Counted from the whole stretch's first letter, positions 9,235 through 19,353 are shown. The stretch is 59,281 nucleotides of DNA, filler included, from 5 parts of 5 records of this genome joined end to end with filler, not necessarily neighbours in it; one strand, 5' to 3'. Made by a program: numbers and translations. The notes: generated from the letters alone by a model not told the origin.

Positions 9235-10695
9235 ATGAGACCGATGATGACCGCATTGTTTTTTTTGATCTTCTCCGTGCTTGCCGGCCCCGGCCTGGCA
9301 AAAGATATCCATGTTGCCAAGACAGGCAGTGACAGTTATCCCGGGGATTCCGCCAATCCCTATAGAACCATCCGGTATGCGGTTGATCAATCCGTGGAGG
9401 GCGATGTGATACGCGTCCATGCCGGAACCTACCATGAGTCGTGGATCACGCCCAAAGCCGGGACCCGTTTAATCAGTGCTGACGGCCGCCATGCCGCCGG
9501 GATTTACAGCGGCGATCAGAGCGCCGTCCGGCTGATAAACGACAACAGCGGTATCGACGGGTTTGAGATCCATGGCGACTGGAACCGGGGACGGCCGGGA
9601 GACGGCCTGGTCCGGCTGCTGGGAGCCAGCCGTCTCCGGGTTAAAAATTGCAAAATTTACGACGCCCCCCATGATTGTGACGTGATCAAGATCGGTGCCA
9701 GTGACGTATTGATCGAAAATTGCATTGTTTACAATCCCGGTCGCAGGACCACTGGCAATTTTCAGGAAGTGATCGACATCTACGGCAAATCCGATCCGGA
9801 CGGGGTGATCGTGAGGGGCTGCTGGCTATATCATACCCCCGACCGCGGCGGGGATTACCTGATCTATGCCAAGGGGGGGGCCAGGAACATCCTGTGGGAG
9901 AACAATGTGTTCGGCCCGGCCCGGGGCGGCGGTTACGGCAATGTCTCAACCGGTTGCGGCGCAGCCAGCCCGCCGGGCTTCCCCTCCTGTGAAAATTTCA
10001 TCGCCCGCAACAATATCTTTGTCAACTGCGCCGGGGACGGGGCCTTTGGGTTTACAAGCGCCAAGAACGCCCATGTTTACAACAATGTTTTTTATAACTA
10101 TTCCGGCGATCGTGCCGTCATCCAGTTCTATTCCACCCAGCCGCCGGGTGGCGACCGGAATGAAGATTGCTACGTGTTTAACAATATTTTCATGCAGAGT
10201 AACGGCAAGCCCGTGTATCAGGACCGTGGCCGGTGGTCGGAGGGCGAATATACCTATATCCCGGAAAATTTCCAGAGCGATCATAATCTCTACTGTCAGG
10301 TCAACACCTCAACTTCCAAAAATGATGTCGACATCCTGGCGGAAGCCAACAGCATTTTTGCCAATCCCGCCCTGGTGGGCCCGTCAACCCCCGATCTCGC
10401 CATTGACAGCTGGCGCACTATTGTGGCGAATTTTCTTCTTCAGCCGGATTCGCCGGCCATCAATGCGGGCAGGGACCTTTCTTCCGGGGCGCCCTTGCAT
10501 GTGCCCTTGGATATCCTCGGCGCTGTTCGCCCGGCAGGGGAGGACTTTGATCTGGGCATCCATGAGTCTGCGGGGATAAAAGTCGATCTGGACATTGACG
10601 GCGATGTGGACGGCGAAGATCTGGCCTGGCTGATCAATACGGGAGAATTACACGACGAAAATATCCGGGCCATGGCAGCCGGGTTCGGCAGTTGA
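9235..10695 (+). CDS. Secreted right-handed beta-helix protein with choice-of-anchor Q-like segment and dockerin/EF-hand-like C-terminal tail
   Basis: Signal peptide; 'IHVAKTGSDSYPGDSANPYRTI' (DUF1565-like); repeated N-rich strands (ENCIVYN, ENNVF, RNNIF, YNNVF); LQPDSPAINAG...D.LG..R...DLGIHE; tail DLDIDGDVDGEDLA. Confidence 0.75.
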   Translation: MRPMMTALFFLIFSVLAGPGLAKDIHVAKTGSDSYPGDSANPYRTIRYAVDQSVEGDVIRVHAGTYHESWITPKAGTRLISADGRHAAGIYSGDQSAVRLINDNSGIDGFEIHGDWNRGRPGDGLVRLLGASRLRVKNCKIYDAPHDCDVIKIGASDVLIENCIVYNPGRRTTGNFQEVIDIYGKSDPDGVIVRGCWLYHTPDRGGDYLIYAKGGARNILWENNVFGPARGGGYGNVSTGCGAASPPGFPSCENFIARNNIFVNCAGDGAFGFTSAKNAHVYNNVFYNYSGDRAVIQFYSTQPPGGDRNEDCYVFNNIFMQSNGKPVYQDRGRWSEGEYTYIPENFQSDHNLYCQVNTSTSKNDVDILAEANSIFANPALVGPSTPDLAIDSWRTIVANFLLQPDSPAINAGRDLSSGAPLHVPLDILGAVRPAGEDFDLGIHESAGIKVDLDIDGDVDGEDLAWLINTGELHDENIRAMAAGFGS

Positions 10696-10709
10696 AAGGA
10701 AAACAGCAG

Positions 10710-12047
10710 ATGAAAAAAATCATAGCAAGCGCAATTGTAATCTTCCTGGTTTCCGCTTTCGCCTTTACCGTTGACGCATTCGCCTGGGGATCGTTCCATC
10801 ACATGATGCCCGGCTGGGGCGTGGAGCTTATGGAGGAGGGCCCGTTAAAGGAAATCCTTAAGACAAAAATAAGGTATCCGGGGAATGAAGTTTTTCCCAA
10901 TGTGAACCATGTGGGGCACAGCTGCGATAATTATCACCATACCGTTGTCAGTGATGCCGGCACGCCGCTCCTGGCGGATGGCCGCCTGGACGTGGAAGCC
11001 GTATTGCCCCACGAGCCGAATGAAGATTACCGGTATCTGCTTTCAATAACCAATGGTGATATCGGTTATGTGGGCGCCCATGCCTGTTACCAGTGGGACT
11101 GGTATGTGCGTGATATTCAAAAAGACCTTGGGGAAGATCCCGTGGACCCGTTGAAAATAGCGCTGAAATGCGCCGCCTTGACCCATTTTCTGGAGTTTCA
11201 ATTCCCGGAAAAAGCCGGGGAGTACGGCGGCATAGACACAAAATTCAAAAGGGGCGAACTCACCGAAGCCCAGGTCATGGCCGGTTATAAAAACTACCTG
11301 AATACTTCCGGTTTGCAATGGGGGCTGGATACGGCCATGGAGAATATCTTTTCCGATATTATCCTGAACATCGCGCCATGGTATGAGAGCAGTAATTCAA
11401 ACGATGATCATAATTATCAGTATTTTGCCCGGCAGATGCTTTTACTGACCGTCGTGTTCAACGAAATACAGCGCCAGACAGACCCGTATTACGACAGGAA
11501 TCAAAAGGATATCCTGTTCGTCAGTAGATCTCCGGTGGGCTTGCTTGAATACAGGCTTTACCAGGCCTTGGCGGAAGAGGGCTATTCATGGGAATGCGTG
11601 ACCGGGGATTATATCCCGAATTTCTATAATTATCCCGTGGTATTCATCAACGAAGGGTGGAAATTCGACAATACCGAGGCCTTTTACGATGCCCTGGAAC
11701 AATATGTAAACATGGGGGGCCATGTCATGATCAAGGCAAACCCCAACACGATTTCAAGCTGGGAGTATACGCCCGGCCCCAGCTATCCCGATTCCTATAC
11801 CAGGCTTTTGACTTCCCCGAATGTCGATCAGGACGATGCTGTCACCGGATACCATTTCTATGGCAAGTCCCAAAGATATTTCAGGCGGAATATGAAAAAC
11901 TGGGTTGACGGTAATTGGATCCCGCCCATAACCTGCCGTCCCGATACGGATAATGATAAGGATGTGGACGGAACGGACCTGGCAGCCACTGCCGCCGCCA
12001 ACCCCCATTGCCTGGAAGCGTTGGCAGCGCTGTTCGGCCACCCCTGA
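10710..12047 (+). CDS. Secreted hypothetical protein with dockerin/EF-hand-like C-terminal tail
   Basis: Signal peptide ending AFA-WG; tail DTDNDKDVDGTDLA...LAALFG resembles that of the upstream protein. Confidence 0.65.
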   Translation: MKKIIASAIVIFLVSAFAFTVDAFAWGSFHHMMPGWGVELMEEGPLKEILKTKIRYPGNEVFPNVNHVGHSCDNYHHTVVSDAGTPLLADGRLDVEAVLPHEPNEDYRYLLSITNGDIGYVGAHACYQWDWYVRDIQKDLGEDPVDPLKIALKCAALTHFLEFQFPEKAGEYGGIDTKFKRGELTEAQVMAGYKNYLNTSGLQWGLDTAMENIFSDIILNIAPWYESSNSNDDHNYQYFARQMLLLTVVFNEIQRQTDPYYDRNQKDILFVSRSPVGLLEYRLYQALAEEGYSWECVTGDYIPNFYNYPVVFINEGWKFDNTEAFYDALEQYVNMGGHVMIKANPNTISSWEYTPGPSYPDSYTRLLTSPNVDQDDAVTGYHFYGKSQRYFRRNMKNWVDGNWIPPITCRPDTDNDKDVDGTDLAATAAANPHCLEALAALFGHP

Positions 12048-12159
12048 GGCGGATGAACTGAGAAAAAATTGCCTTATTTCAAGACTTGGTTCGCTCGATC
12101 TGAAACATCCCCAGGGTAGAGGGGATGTTCAGTTTTATCCAGCTTTTACAGTTCTTATA

Positions 12160-14352
12160 TTATGACTCCAGTGCTTTGATTGCATCTAAAATTTCATTAA
12201 CTGTCTCACTCAATTCCGCTCCCATTCGTTTATATTCTTTGGGATATTCTTCCTTCATTAAATGCATCAGGGCATAATAAACAGGTTTAATATCTCCCTT
12301 TAACTTGAACTCTTCATCCTGAAACAGCTCCATGGCAAGATGATATTGTTTTTTTGAAATAAGCAATATAAAATAGTTGGTAATGTGCCTTTGAAAATTA
12401 TTGGTCTCGTGGGATAACTTCAAAAAATGAGTGAAGTGTTCGACAGACTTTTTATAGTCTTCAGCATGTATCATTAGTATAGATAAAGCAAGCGAACTAA
12501 TATGATCAGTCTGTTTGTGGTATCTTGATGAAATACTAAGAAAACTGTCTTTCATTTCAACATCGTCGAATGTCATATTTATCAACAAATTCATAGAATG
12601 TTCAAAATCATTTTTTATTGCTCGAGAATAAAATTTTTCTGATTGTCGTAGATCCTTAAATTCAGTATGATAGAGGACAGCCAGATTAAACATGGCCTCA
12701 TGCTTATTGTTTTTAACAGCCATCAAATAATATTTTTCGGCCTTTTTGTAATCCTTTAATTCTGTGTGATAGAGGATAGCCAGATAGAACATGGCCTCAT
12801 TGTTATTGTTTTGAATAGCCTTTAAATAATATCTTTCGGCGTTATTGTAATCCTTAAATTCAGTGTGATATAGTAACGCTATGCCAAACATTGCTATTAC
12901 ATTCTTATGCTCAATTGCATTTAAATAATATTTTTCAGCTTTCTTAAATTCGTTTCCTTTATAAGCTTTATAAGCAACTATTAAAGCTATATCTCCGGGA
13001 TCAGACAAACTGTCCGCAATGACAGGATCATATTTGGAAATATATTTTTTTGTATTGTTTAATATCTCGTATTGAAGCTCAGGATCTTGAAGGGATTTCG
13101 TTAAAGCCTCGGCCATATAATATCCCCCCCTTTGATTCAATTCACCGGCGTTGGCAAGGGCAATATGTTTTTGGGCTTTCCGTATCAACTCTTTTTCTGT
13201 GCACCAGTCTCTTAAAAAACTGACAAGCCATAAAATATGTTGTTTGTTCTTTTTCCGGCCATACCGCATGAGGTACCAGATGTTGAAGAAGCGCTCCTGG
13301 AGCATATATATTTTATTTTTTTTGTTAACTAATGTTGAGGTTACAAATCCGTTTTTCTCCAGGATTTTAAACTGGGCTGAGATCTTTTTTGTCTCTATCT
13401 TTGTTTTTTTTGAAATTTCGGACGTGAGCATACCGTCCCAGTTCAGTGCCAGGGCATTGACGATAACCTGCTGCTGTGTCGGCAAGTCATCCATTTTATG
13501 CTTGTAAAGCGGCGTTATCTTGTCCAGCAGACCTTCAAGGTCTTCAAAAACATTGGCGCTGTCGTCTGTTATTATTTCATATAGAAGAATGATGGTGCGG
13601 GGGATTCCGCCTGTTAACCTTCTGATTGTTTCAATCCTGCCTCGTTGGTTTTCTAAAATTTCAGAGGCGTTTTTATCATCATATTGGTTGTTCAGGTTTT
13701 CCAGAAGCGTCAGAACTTCATTCGGGGTTAAGGATTCCAAATAAATGGTCTTGAAAGATTCAAAGAACGGTTTGTCGTGTTTATAGGCTGTTTCCAGCGT
13801 TCTGGTTGAACCGGCAATAATTTGGAGGTCGGATTCATGCAGGATATCCCTTAGTTTTTTGTGCTCTTTCTCTTTGAGTTTGTCTAAAATGTCACCGAAA
13901 TTATCAATCAGAAGAACAAGCTTTTTTTTGTTTTTCTTTAAATACTGTTGCAGTAGAAAATAAAAGTCGTCTTCATCGTCAAGTCCTTCCATCTCTTCTA
14001 CAATATTTTGAAAGCCATTTGTTTCTTCGATGATATCCGCTACATTTTCCCATAATCCGTTTAATGAAAAAATGTTGTATTGCTCTTCCGCAAATTGAAC
14101 CGGCAGTAAATGGGAAAGGTCCTCTGAATCTTCGATCTCATATTTCAATTTTGCAAGAAGCGTGGTTTTTCCGGAGCCTCTTTGTCCCTGAATTAGAAAA
14201 TTCTGTGAGGTTTGATTTAGTTTACTGTTTTTTATGTCTCTGAATATTTTGGAAAACTCTTTTTTTCTGATAACAAAGTTTTTCAGTAAGGTTTTCTTAT
14301 CCTGATTTAATGGATTATATAGATGGGCTATGGTTTTGTTAATCCGCGACAT
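12160..14352 (-). CDS. STAND-like P-loop ATPase with winged helix and Sel1/TPR repeats
   Basis: Walker A GQRGSGKTT, Walker B-like VLLIDNFGD, LTGGIPR (GxP), wHTH-like region, then 33-aa helical repeats (AEKYYL.A...AMF.LA.LYHTE.KD). Confidence 0.8.
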   Translation of the reverse strand: MSRINKTIAHLYNPLNQDKKTLLKNFVIRKKEFSKIFRDIKNSKLNQTSQNFLIQGQRGSGKTTLLAKLKYEIEDSEDLSHLLPVQFAEEQYNIFSLNGLWENVADIIEETNGFQNIVEEMEGLDDEDDFYFLLQQYLKKNKKKLVLLIDNFGDILDKLKEKEHKKLRDILHESDLQIIAGSTRTLETAYKHDKPFFESFKTIYLESLTPNEVLTLLENLNNQYDDKNASEILENQRGRIETIRRLTGGIPRTIILLYEIITDDSANVFEDLEGLLDKITPLYKHKMDDLPTQQQVIVNALALNWDGMLTSEISKKTKIETKKISAQFKILEKNGFVTSTLVNKKNKIYMLQERFFNIWYLMRYGRKKNKQHILWLVSFLRDWCTEKELIRKAQKHIALANAGELNQRGGYYMAEALTKSLQDPELQYEILNNTKKYISKYDPVIADSLSDPGDIALIVAYKAYKGNEFKKAEKYYLNAIEHKNVIAMFGIALLYHTEFKDYNNAERYYLKAIQNNNNEAMFYLAILYHTELKDYKKAEKYYLMAVKNNKHEAMFNLAVLYHTEFKDLRQSEKFYSRAIKNDFEHSMNLLINMTFDDVEMKDSFLSISSRYHKQTDHISSLALSILMIHAEDYKKSVEHFTHFLKLSHETNNFQRHITNYFILLISKKQYHLAMELFQDEEFKLKGDIKPVYYALMHLMKEEYPKEYKRMGAELSETVNEILDAIKALES
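12652..12950 (-). repeat. About 3 imperfect 99-bp tandem repeats encoding Sel1/TPR-like units
   Basis: ATCCTT anchor recurs at 12652, 12751 and 12850 (99-bp period) with conserved flanks. Confidence 0.8.
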
Positions 14353-15535
14353 TGATATACCACCATTCCTTTAAAATGATTGAATTAAACCTGAACTCTT
14401 TGTCTATGCTTTTGTTTATATATCCATCATACTCAAGTACATTCGTAATTTCTTTAAGGTCTGCTGTTTTGTGTTTTACAGAGAGATCGTATGCCGAGTC
14501 GTAGTCAATGGATCCATTCTTGGAAATATAATTTAAAATTTCAAGGGCACAGCGATATTCATGTTTTTCAAAAGATTGTTTGAGTCTCGTCTTCCAGTTC
14601 TCAAAATAATCCTGATATTTATATCTGTCTTTAATTATTTTATCGATGACTTTATCGATGGTGTCGGTTGTGAACGGGTTTTCAGATTCAAAAAAATCGA
14701 ACAATTCATCAACAATGATCTGAATGTAATATGGAATAAGCCAGCTGTCTTTTTTCAGCATATAGTTTTTTATGTCATTGTCGATTTCAAAATCTTCTTC
14801 ATCTTCTTTTAATCCCATTACGAGTCGTGATATCAACTCCTTTGCTTCACTCTCTTTCAGGGGAGGAACCGGGATGTTTACAATATCATTGATCAAGTCG
14901 TTTCTGTCTAATTTGCTTACAACATTTCCAAGGCCGATTGAACCTGTGTAAATGAATTGAATGTTGGCATGATTCAGCCCCTGCCTGAGATCCCTGTTTA
15001 ACTGTAAAAAGCGTATGGCTTCGTTTTTATCAATGTTTGCTATATTTCTTACTGCATCGGGATATTCATCGATTAATAGTAACAGTGTGGCAAAATCTTC
15101 AGGAATGGTTTTTAGTAACTGTTCGCATTCATGGTAATAATCAACATGTTCCTCGGGATCTATTTCAATCCCATCTGTGGAAAAACCCCTGATTTTTGAA
15201 ACAAAGCTTTTGACGGCACCTTTTGCTTTTTCGTAATGCCTTTTATAAAAATTGAAGATTGAATCTTCTTCCAATAGTAGCTTATACAGTTGTTTGAAAA
15301 ATTCATTTGTACTGTCAACGCTTTGAACCGATTTGTATTTTATCAGATACCCTTCCCGGGGGGTCCGTTCTAAATTTTTCAGGATGGAACTTTTTCCGGT
15401 TCGTCTTGGTGCCGCCAGTAACAGATTCTCTTTCCTTTTTATTTTGAGCCAGATTCGTTTTTCAATTTTTGTTCGTTCAAAGTATTTGTCCTTTCCGTCT
15501 GCGGCTCGTCCGGTGCTTATATATAAAGGGTCCAT
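14339..15535 (-). CDS. Stand-alone STAND/archaeal-type AAA ATPase
   Basis: Walker A APRRTGKSS, Walker B LLIDEYP, FIYTGSIGL; overlaps the downstream ATPase gene by 14 nt. Confidence 0.8.
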   Translation of the reverse strand: MDPLYISTGRAADGKDKYFERTKIEKRIWLKIKRKENLLLAAPRRTGKSSILKNLERTPREGYLIKYKSVQSVDSTNEFFKQLYKLLLEEDSIFNFYKRHYEKAKGAVKSFVSKIRGFSTDGIEIDPEEHVDYYHECEQLLKTIPEDFATLLLLIDEYPDAVRNIANIDKNEAIRFLQLNRDLRQGLNHANIQFIYTGSIGLGNVVSKLDRNDLINDIVNIPVPPLKESEAKELISRLVMGLKEDEEDFEIDNDIKNYMLKKDSWLIPYYIQIIVDELFDFFESENPFTTDTIDKVIDKIIKDRYKYQDYFENWKTRLKQSFEKHEYRCALEILNYISKNGSIDYDSAYDLSVKHKTADLKEITNVLEYDGYINKSIDKEFRFNSIILKEWWYINVAD

Positions 15536-15750
15536 TTATCCTCGCTCTGTTGGTTTAACAAAAAATCTGTTGTCAAAATAACTGGCAAAATTATTTTTGT
15601 CAAATTTTATCGCAAAAAATATTTTGTCAAGTTTGATGGAAGGCTTGGGTTCATGTTTTTCTGGGTTTTGTTTTGTTCTCGCGGTATGATGGCATTTCCC
15701 ATGACCTTTGGATTTATACGACCATAAGGCTTTTTAGGGGAGGAGTGTCA

Positions 15751-17442
15751 ATGGATGAGATCATCACCCTGATACGGCCGAGGTTTTTGTCTTTCCGAAA
15801 CCGGGGGCCATGGGGCCGGACGATGCGGCAACGGTCCGGCCATGTTTTCCTTTTTTTTCTCGGCATGGGGTTCTGGCTTGGGATTTTCTGGGGCTCCCAC
15901 AGGGTGCTTTCCTATTTCGCGAGCATCCAGGAGCTGGGGGATATCCTTGCCTTCAAGCTCATGTCCGTGGTGGTGGTTACACTGCTTTCCTTGCTTGTTT
16001 TTTCCGGCATCCTGGTCACCCTTTCCAAGCTTTATCTCTCAAAGGATCTGCTTCTGGTCCATGCCATGCCTGTTCCGGCATACAAGATCTTTATGGCTCG
16101 GTGGATCGAAAGTGCTGTGGACAGTTCGTGGATGGTGATTGTTTTTGCCCTCCCCATGTTCGGGGCCTATGGGTTGATATTCCAGGGGCCCTGGTACTAT
16201 TACGGGACCCTTGGGGCCGTGCTGGTGCTGCTTGGCGTCACGGCCTGCGCCATCAGCGCCGTGGTGATCATGGTCGCCGTGATCGTGGTGCCGGCAAGCC
16301 GCATTCGAACCATCTTCGTGTTTGTGGGGCTGTCGCTTTTTATCGCATTTTACGTAGGGATCCGGGTGATCAGGCCCGAACGGCTGGTGGATCCCGAGGT
16401 GTTCACTGCCACCCTTTTTTACCTCAAGTCCATGCAGGCGCCCTCATCCCCTCTGTTGCCAAGCACCTGGGCCTATGATGCCCTGGTGGCGGCCCTGAAG
16501 GGACGTTTCGGGAGCGCCTGCTTCCACCTGGGGCTTTTAGGCAGTTTTGCCGGGATGGTTGGGATTGCCATGACCCTTGTTGCCGACGCCATTTACTTCA
16601 AGGGGGTCTCCCGGGCACGGCGGGCGCCAGCCAGGCTCTTCACCCGGCGGCGCCTGGAGTATTTCTGGCTCTCTTTTCTGCCCGGCCCGGTGCGGGCCCT
16701 GGCCGTCAAGGAGGTCAAGACCTTTTTCCGGGACCAGACCCAGTGGTCCCAGCTCTTTTTGATCATGGCCCTCATCGGGATCTATCTCTACAATTTCAAG
16801 GTGATTCCCTTTGACCGCACCCCGGTCAAGACCATCTATCTCCAGAATGTTCTTGCTTTTTTCAACATGGGCCTGGCCCTGTTTGTGCTGACGGCCGTTG
16901 CCGGCAGGTTTGTCTTTCCCGGGGTCAGCATCGAGGGGGAGGCCTTCTGGATCGTGCGGTCGAGTCCGGTCCGGCTCCGGCAGTTTCTCTGGGTCAAATA
17001 TGTCCTTTACCTTGTGCCCCTGCTGGTGCTGACCCTGGTGCTCATTGTCAGCACCAACATCCTTCTTCAGGTGGGGCCGTTCATGATGGGGCTCTCCCTT
17101 GTCAACGTCTGTTTCATGGTGCCGGGGGTGGTGAGCCTTGGCATCGGGATGGGGGCCGCCTTTGCCGATTTTAAATCGGAAAATCCGGCCCAGACCCTTT
17201 CAAGTTACGGGGGCCTCATCTTCATGGTCCTGAGCGCCCTTTTCATCGGCTGTGTCATCATGATCGAGGCCGGGCCGGTTTACTCCTTTTTCATGGCCCG
17301 GCTCAAGGGCCGGACCCTGGATTCTATAGGCCGTTTCTGGTGCGGTGTCTCCTTTGTCCTGGCAGGGGGGCTGTGCACGGTAACGGCCATTCTGCCCATG
17401 GTGTACGGGGAGAAACGTCTTGCCAGGAGGCTCTTTGCCTGA
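15751..17442 (+). CDS. ABC-2 type exporter permease (about 12-14 TM)
   Basis: Polytopic membrane protein with 'KEVKTFFRD' and 'SIEGEAFWIVRSSP' motifs; ATG 15751 follows GGAGGAG. Confidence 0.85.
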   Translation: MDEIITLIRPRFLSFRNRGPWGRTMRQRSGHVFLFFLGMGFWLGIFWGSHRVLSYFASIQELGDILAFKLMSVVVVTLLSLLVFSGILVTLSKLYLSKDLLLVHAMPVPAYKIFMARWIESAVDSSWMVIVFALPMFGAYGLIFQGPWYYYGTLGAVLVLLGVTACAISAVVIMVAVIVVPASRIRTIFVFVGLSLFIAFYVGIRVIRPERLVDPEVFTATLFYLKSMQAPSSPLLPSTWAYDALVAALKGRFGSACFHLGLLGSFAGMVGIAMTLVADAIYFKGVSRARRAPARLFTRRRLEYFWLSFLPGPVRALAVKEVKTFFRDQTQWSQLFLIMALIGIYLYNFKVIPFDRTPVKTIYLQNVLAFFNMGLALFVLTAVAGRFVFPGVSIEGEAFWIVRSSPVRLRQFLWVKYVLYLVPLLVLTLVLIVSTNILLQVGPFMMGLSLVNVCFMVPGVVSLGIGMGAAFADFKSENPAQTLSSYGGLIFMVLSALFIGCVIMIEAGPVYSFFMARLKGRTLDSIGRFWCGVSFVLAGGLCTVTAILPMVYGEKRLARRLFA

Positions 17443-17463
17443 ACAATCCCCGGCTGGTCCGGG

Positions 17464-18519
17464 TCAGTTCTGTTTGAGTCTTACCCTGGCAAGAACAGGC
17501 TGGTGGTCGGAATTCTGAAAATCAAGATCCGTTGTCCTGACGAAAATGCCCTCGACATTCGGGGAAAGGAGATAAAAATCGATGACCGTTACCAGGGAGC
17601 TTTCGCGATGGTAGGGGGTGTGAAGCCGCCTGTCCGTCGGTGTCGTGCCATCGTAAAACCAGGTCCATCCTGACGGCAAATATTCCTTGTCCACGGGGGT
17701 GAAATTCTTTTTGTCAAACAACGCCATGGGGGCCGGGGGAGTAAAACCGGGCGGGCACTGGTTCCAGTCTCCGCCCACAATAATATAATTGCCTTTATCA
17801 TATTCCCGGAGCAGGAATTTTTTCAGGTATTGCATCTGGCCCCTTTTGAGGCTTCCGTCGTCATAGGCGGAATTATGGGTGTTTATGACAAGAAGTTCTT
17901 TTCCGTCGGAAACATCATACCTGTTTACGAGGAAACATCTGTCTAACATGAACAATCCTTTGGGCCATCCATAGTTGCCGGGAAAGGAAAAACGAATCGA
18001 TGACCGGGGGGTAAACCTGCTGAACGTGCCAAGGCCGGACAACACCTTTCCAAGTGGTGAGGTAAAAGGGACGGGGACGAACTTGACATCGTAATTGACG
18101 GCAAACCTGGCTTTGTGGCTGTTCAGTAATTCTGAAAATGCAAGGAATTCATCATGGTAATAACTTCTCCTGGACCCCCTGTCCACCTCCTGAAGAAGTA
18201 AAAAATCATTGTCTTTGTTACGTTGTAAGTGATTTTGGATCTGTTCAAGGTTCGTTCGCAGATTTTCCTTTTGAGTCCTGACCATGGTGCCGCCGTCGTA
18301 AAAAAAATCCATGTCGGCACCCAGCCCGCCATATCCGATATTCCATATCAGCATGGATAGCTCGGTCCCGGCCGGGATTGTATCGGGATTGCCGGTTTCG
18401 GATATGACGGTTTTTTCTCCCGGACTGTAATTGGTTATGGTCGCATAAACGATTATAGCAAAAAGAACAAGGACGATAACCAGGATGACCGACAATGTGC
18501 CTTTGAGTAAAATTGTCAT
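17464..18519 (-). CDS. Endonuclease/exonuclease/phosphatase family protein, membrane-anchored
   Basis: WNIGY, LQEVD, NTH, GGDWN, IDFY and SDHQPV motifs. Confidence 0.9.
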   Translation of the reverse strand: MTILLKGTLSVILVIVLVLFAIIVYATITNYSPGEKTVISETGNPDTIPAGTELSMLIWNIGYGGLGADMDFFYDGGTMVRTQKENLRTNLEQIQNHLQRNKDNDFLLLQEVDRGSRRSYYHDEFLAFSELLNSHKARFAVNYDVKFVPVPFTSPLGKVLSGLGTFSRFTPRSSIRFSFPGNYGWPKGLFMLDRCFLVNRYDVSDGKELLVINTHNSAYDDGSLKRGQMQYLKKFLLREYDKGNYIIVGGDWNQCPPGFTPPAPMALFDKKNFTPVDKEYLPSGWTWFYDGTTPTDRRLHTPYHRESSLVTVIDFYLLSPNVEGIFVRTTDLDFQNSDHQPVLARVRLKQN

Positions 18520-18563
18520 GAACGTTTCCTTATGTTAGGGATTGTCCGTGATTCCTTTATTGT

Positions 18564-19112
18564 TCATACGGGAAAGAACCGGGCGCCTACAGCTGCATGC
18601 CATCGCAGCTGCCTTCTGATTTTTCCTGCGGCTTCCATCAGGGGGAGTGTTCCCTCCAGCAGGCAATCCACAGACTCAAACCCGAAGCTTAATTCCAGAG
18701 TTTGGTTTTGCAGTTGATAATCGATCTTTTTTAATCCATGGGGGATGCTGTCGAGAATCGTGTCGTGTATCAGGCATTTGACGTCTGTGTGCTTCACAGG
18801 CCTCACCCCTTGGGATGCCGGCGTATCCAGGAGCTGGCGGCAGGGATCCAGCAGTGAAAAATCGAAGTCCGTGTCATCGTCCCGGAATTCGAGTAAATAA
18901 CCAAGAAATTTTTTGAGCAGGTGGGGGGAATGGGTGATGATCCCTTGAAATCGGGTTAACTCAATTGAAGGCAAGCTGATATCCTGGATAAGGAAGTTCC
19001 ACCAACGGTTCCAGTCAAGATCTGTCTCTTCCGGGAACTGCCAGGCGGTTAAAGATTTTTCCAGCAGGTCTTTTTCATTTGTAACTGTATCCAGGTCCAG
19101 GCGAACGATCAT
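18564..19112 (-). CDS. Hypothetical protein with barstar-like N-terminus
   Basis: MIVRLDLDTVTNEKDLLEK...WQFPE...DWNRWWNFLIQD echoes the barstar pattern; start placed at ATG 19112. Confidence 0.4.
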   Translation of the reverse strand: MIVRLDLDTVTNEKDLLEKSLTAWQFPEETDLDWNRWWNFLIQDISLPSIELTRFQGIITHSPHLLKKFLGYLLEFRDDDTDFDFSLLDPCRQLLDTPASQGVRPVKHTDVKCLIHDTILDSIPHGLKKIDYQLQNQTLELSFGFESVDCLLEGTLPLMEAAGKIRRQLRWHAAVGARFFPV

Positions 19113-19353
19113 TTTCGATTTCAATTCCCATGTCTGCGTTAATTGTCCGGCGTGATGGCAGAAATCTTCACACATATGGATTGGAAAATCAAGCGGTCCC
19201 GCAAATATGACCACAGCTTTAGGCGATTATTGGCTTTGTTTCGCGATTCCAGGGTGAAACTGTTTGACAGCATCCCGGACGCCGGGATAAGACAATGGGG
19301 CTGTAAAAGGGGACGTCCGAATGTTGAGATTAACTGGAAAAACGGAGCAGACA

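Noticed and set aside
15-9435. Long antisense ORFs such as 15..926, 883..2037, 3967..4740, 5140..5886 and 8588..9301
   Set aside because: Shadow ORFs of GC-rich genes with clear motifs on the opposite strand; no recognisable domains of their own
12652-12950. 99-bp periodic repeats as a possible CRISPR array or DGR template/variable repeat
   Set aside because: In-frame coding repeats with no unique spacers, and no cas or reverse transcriptase gene
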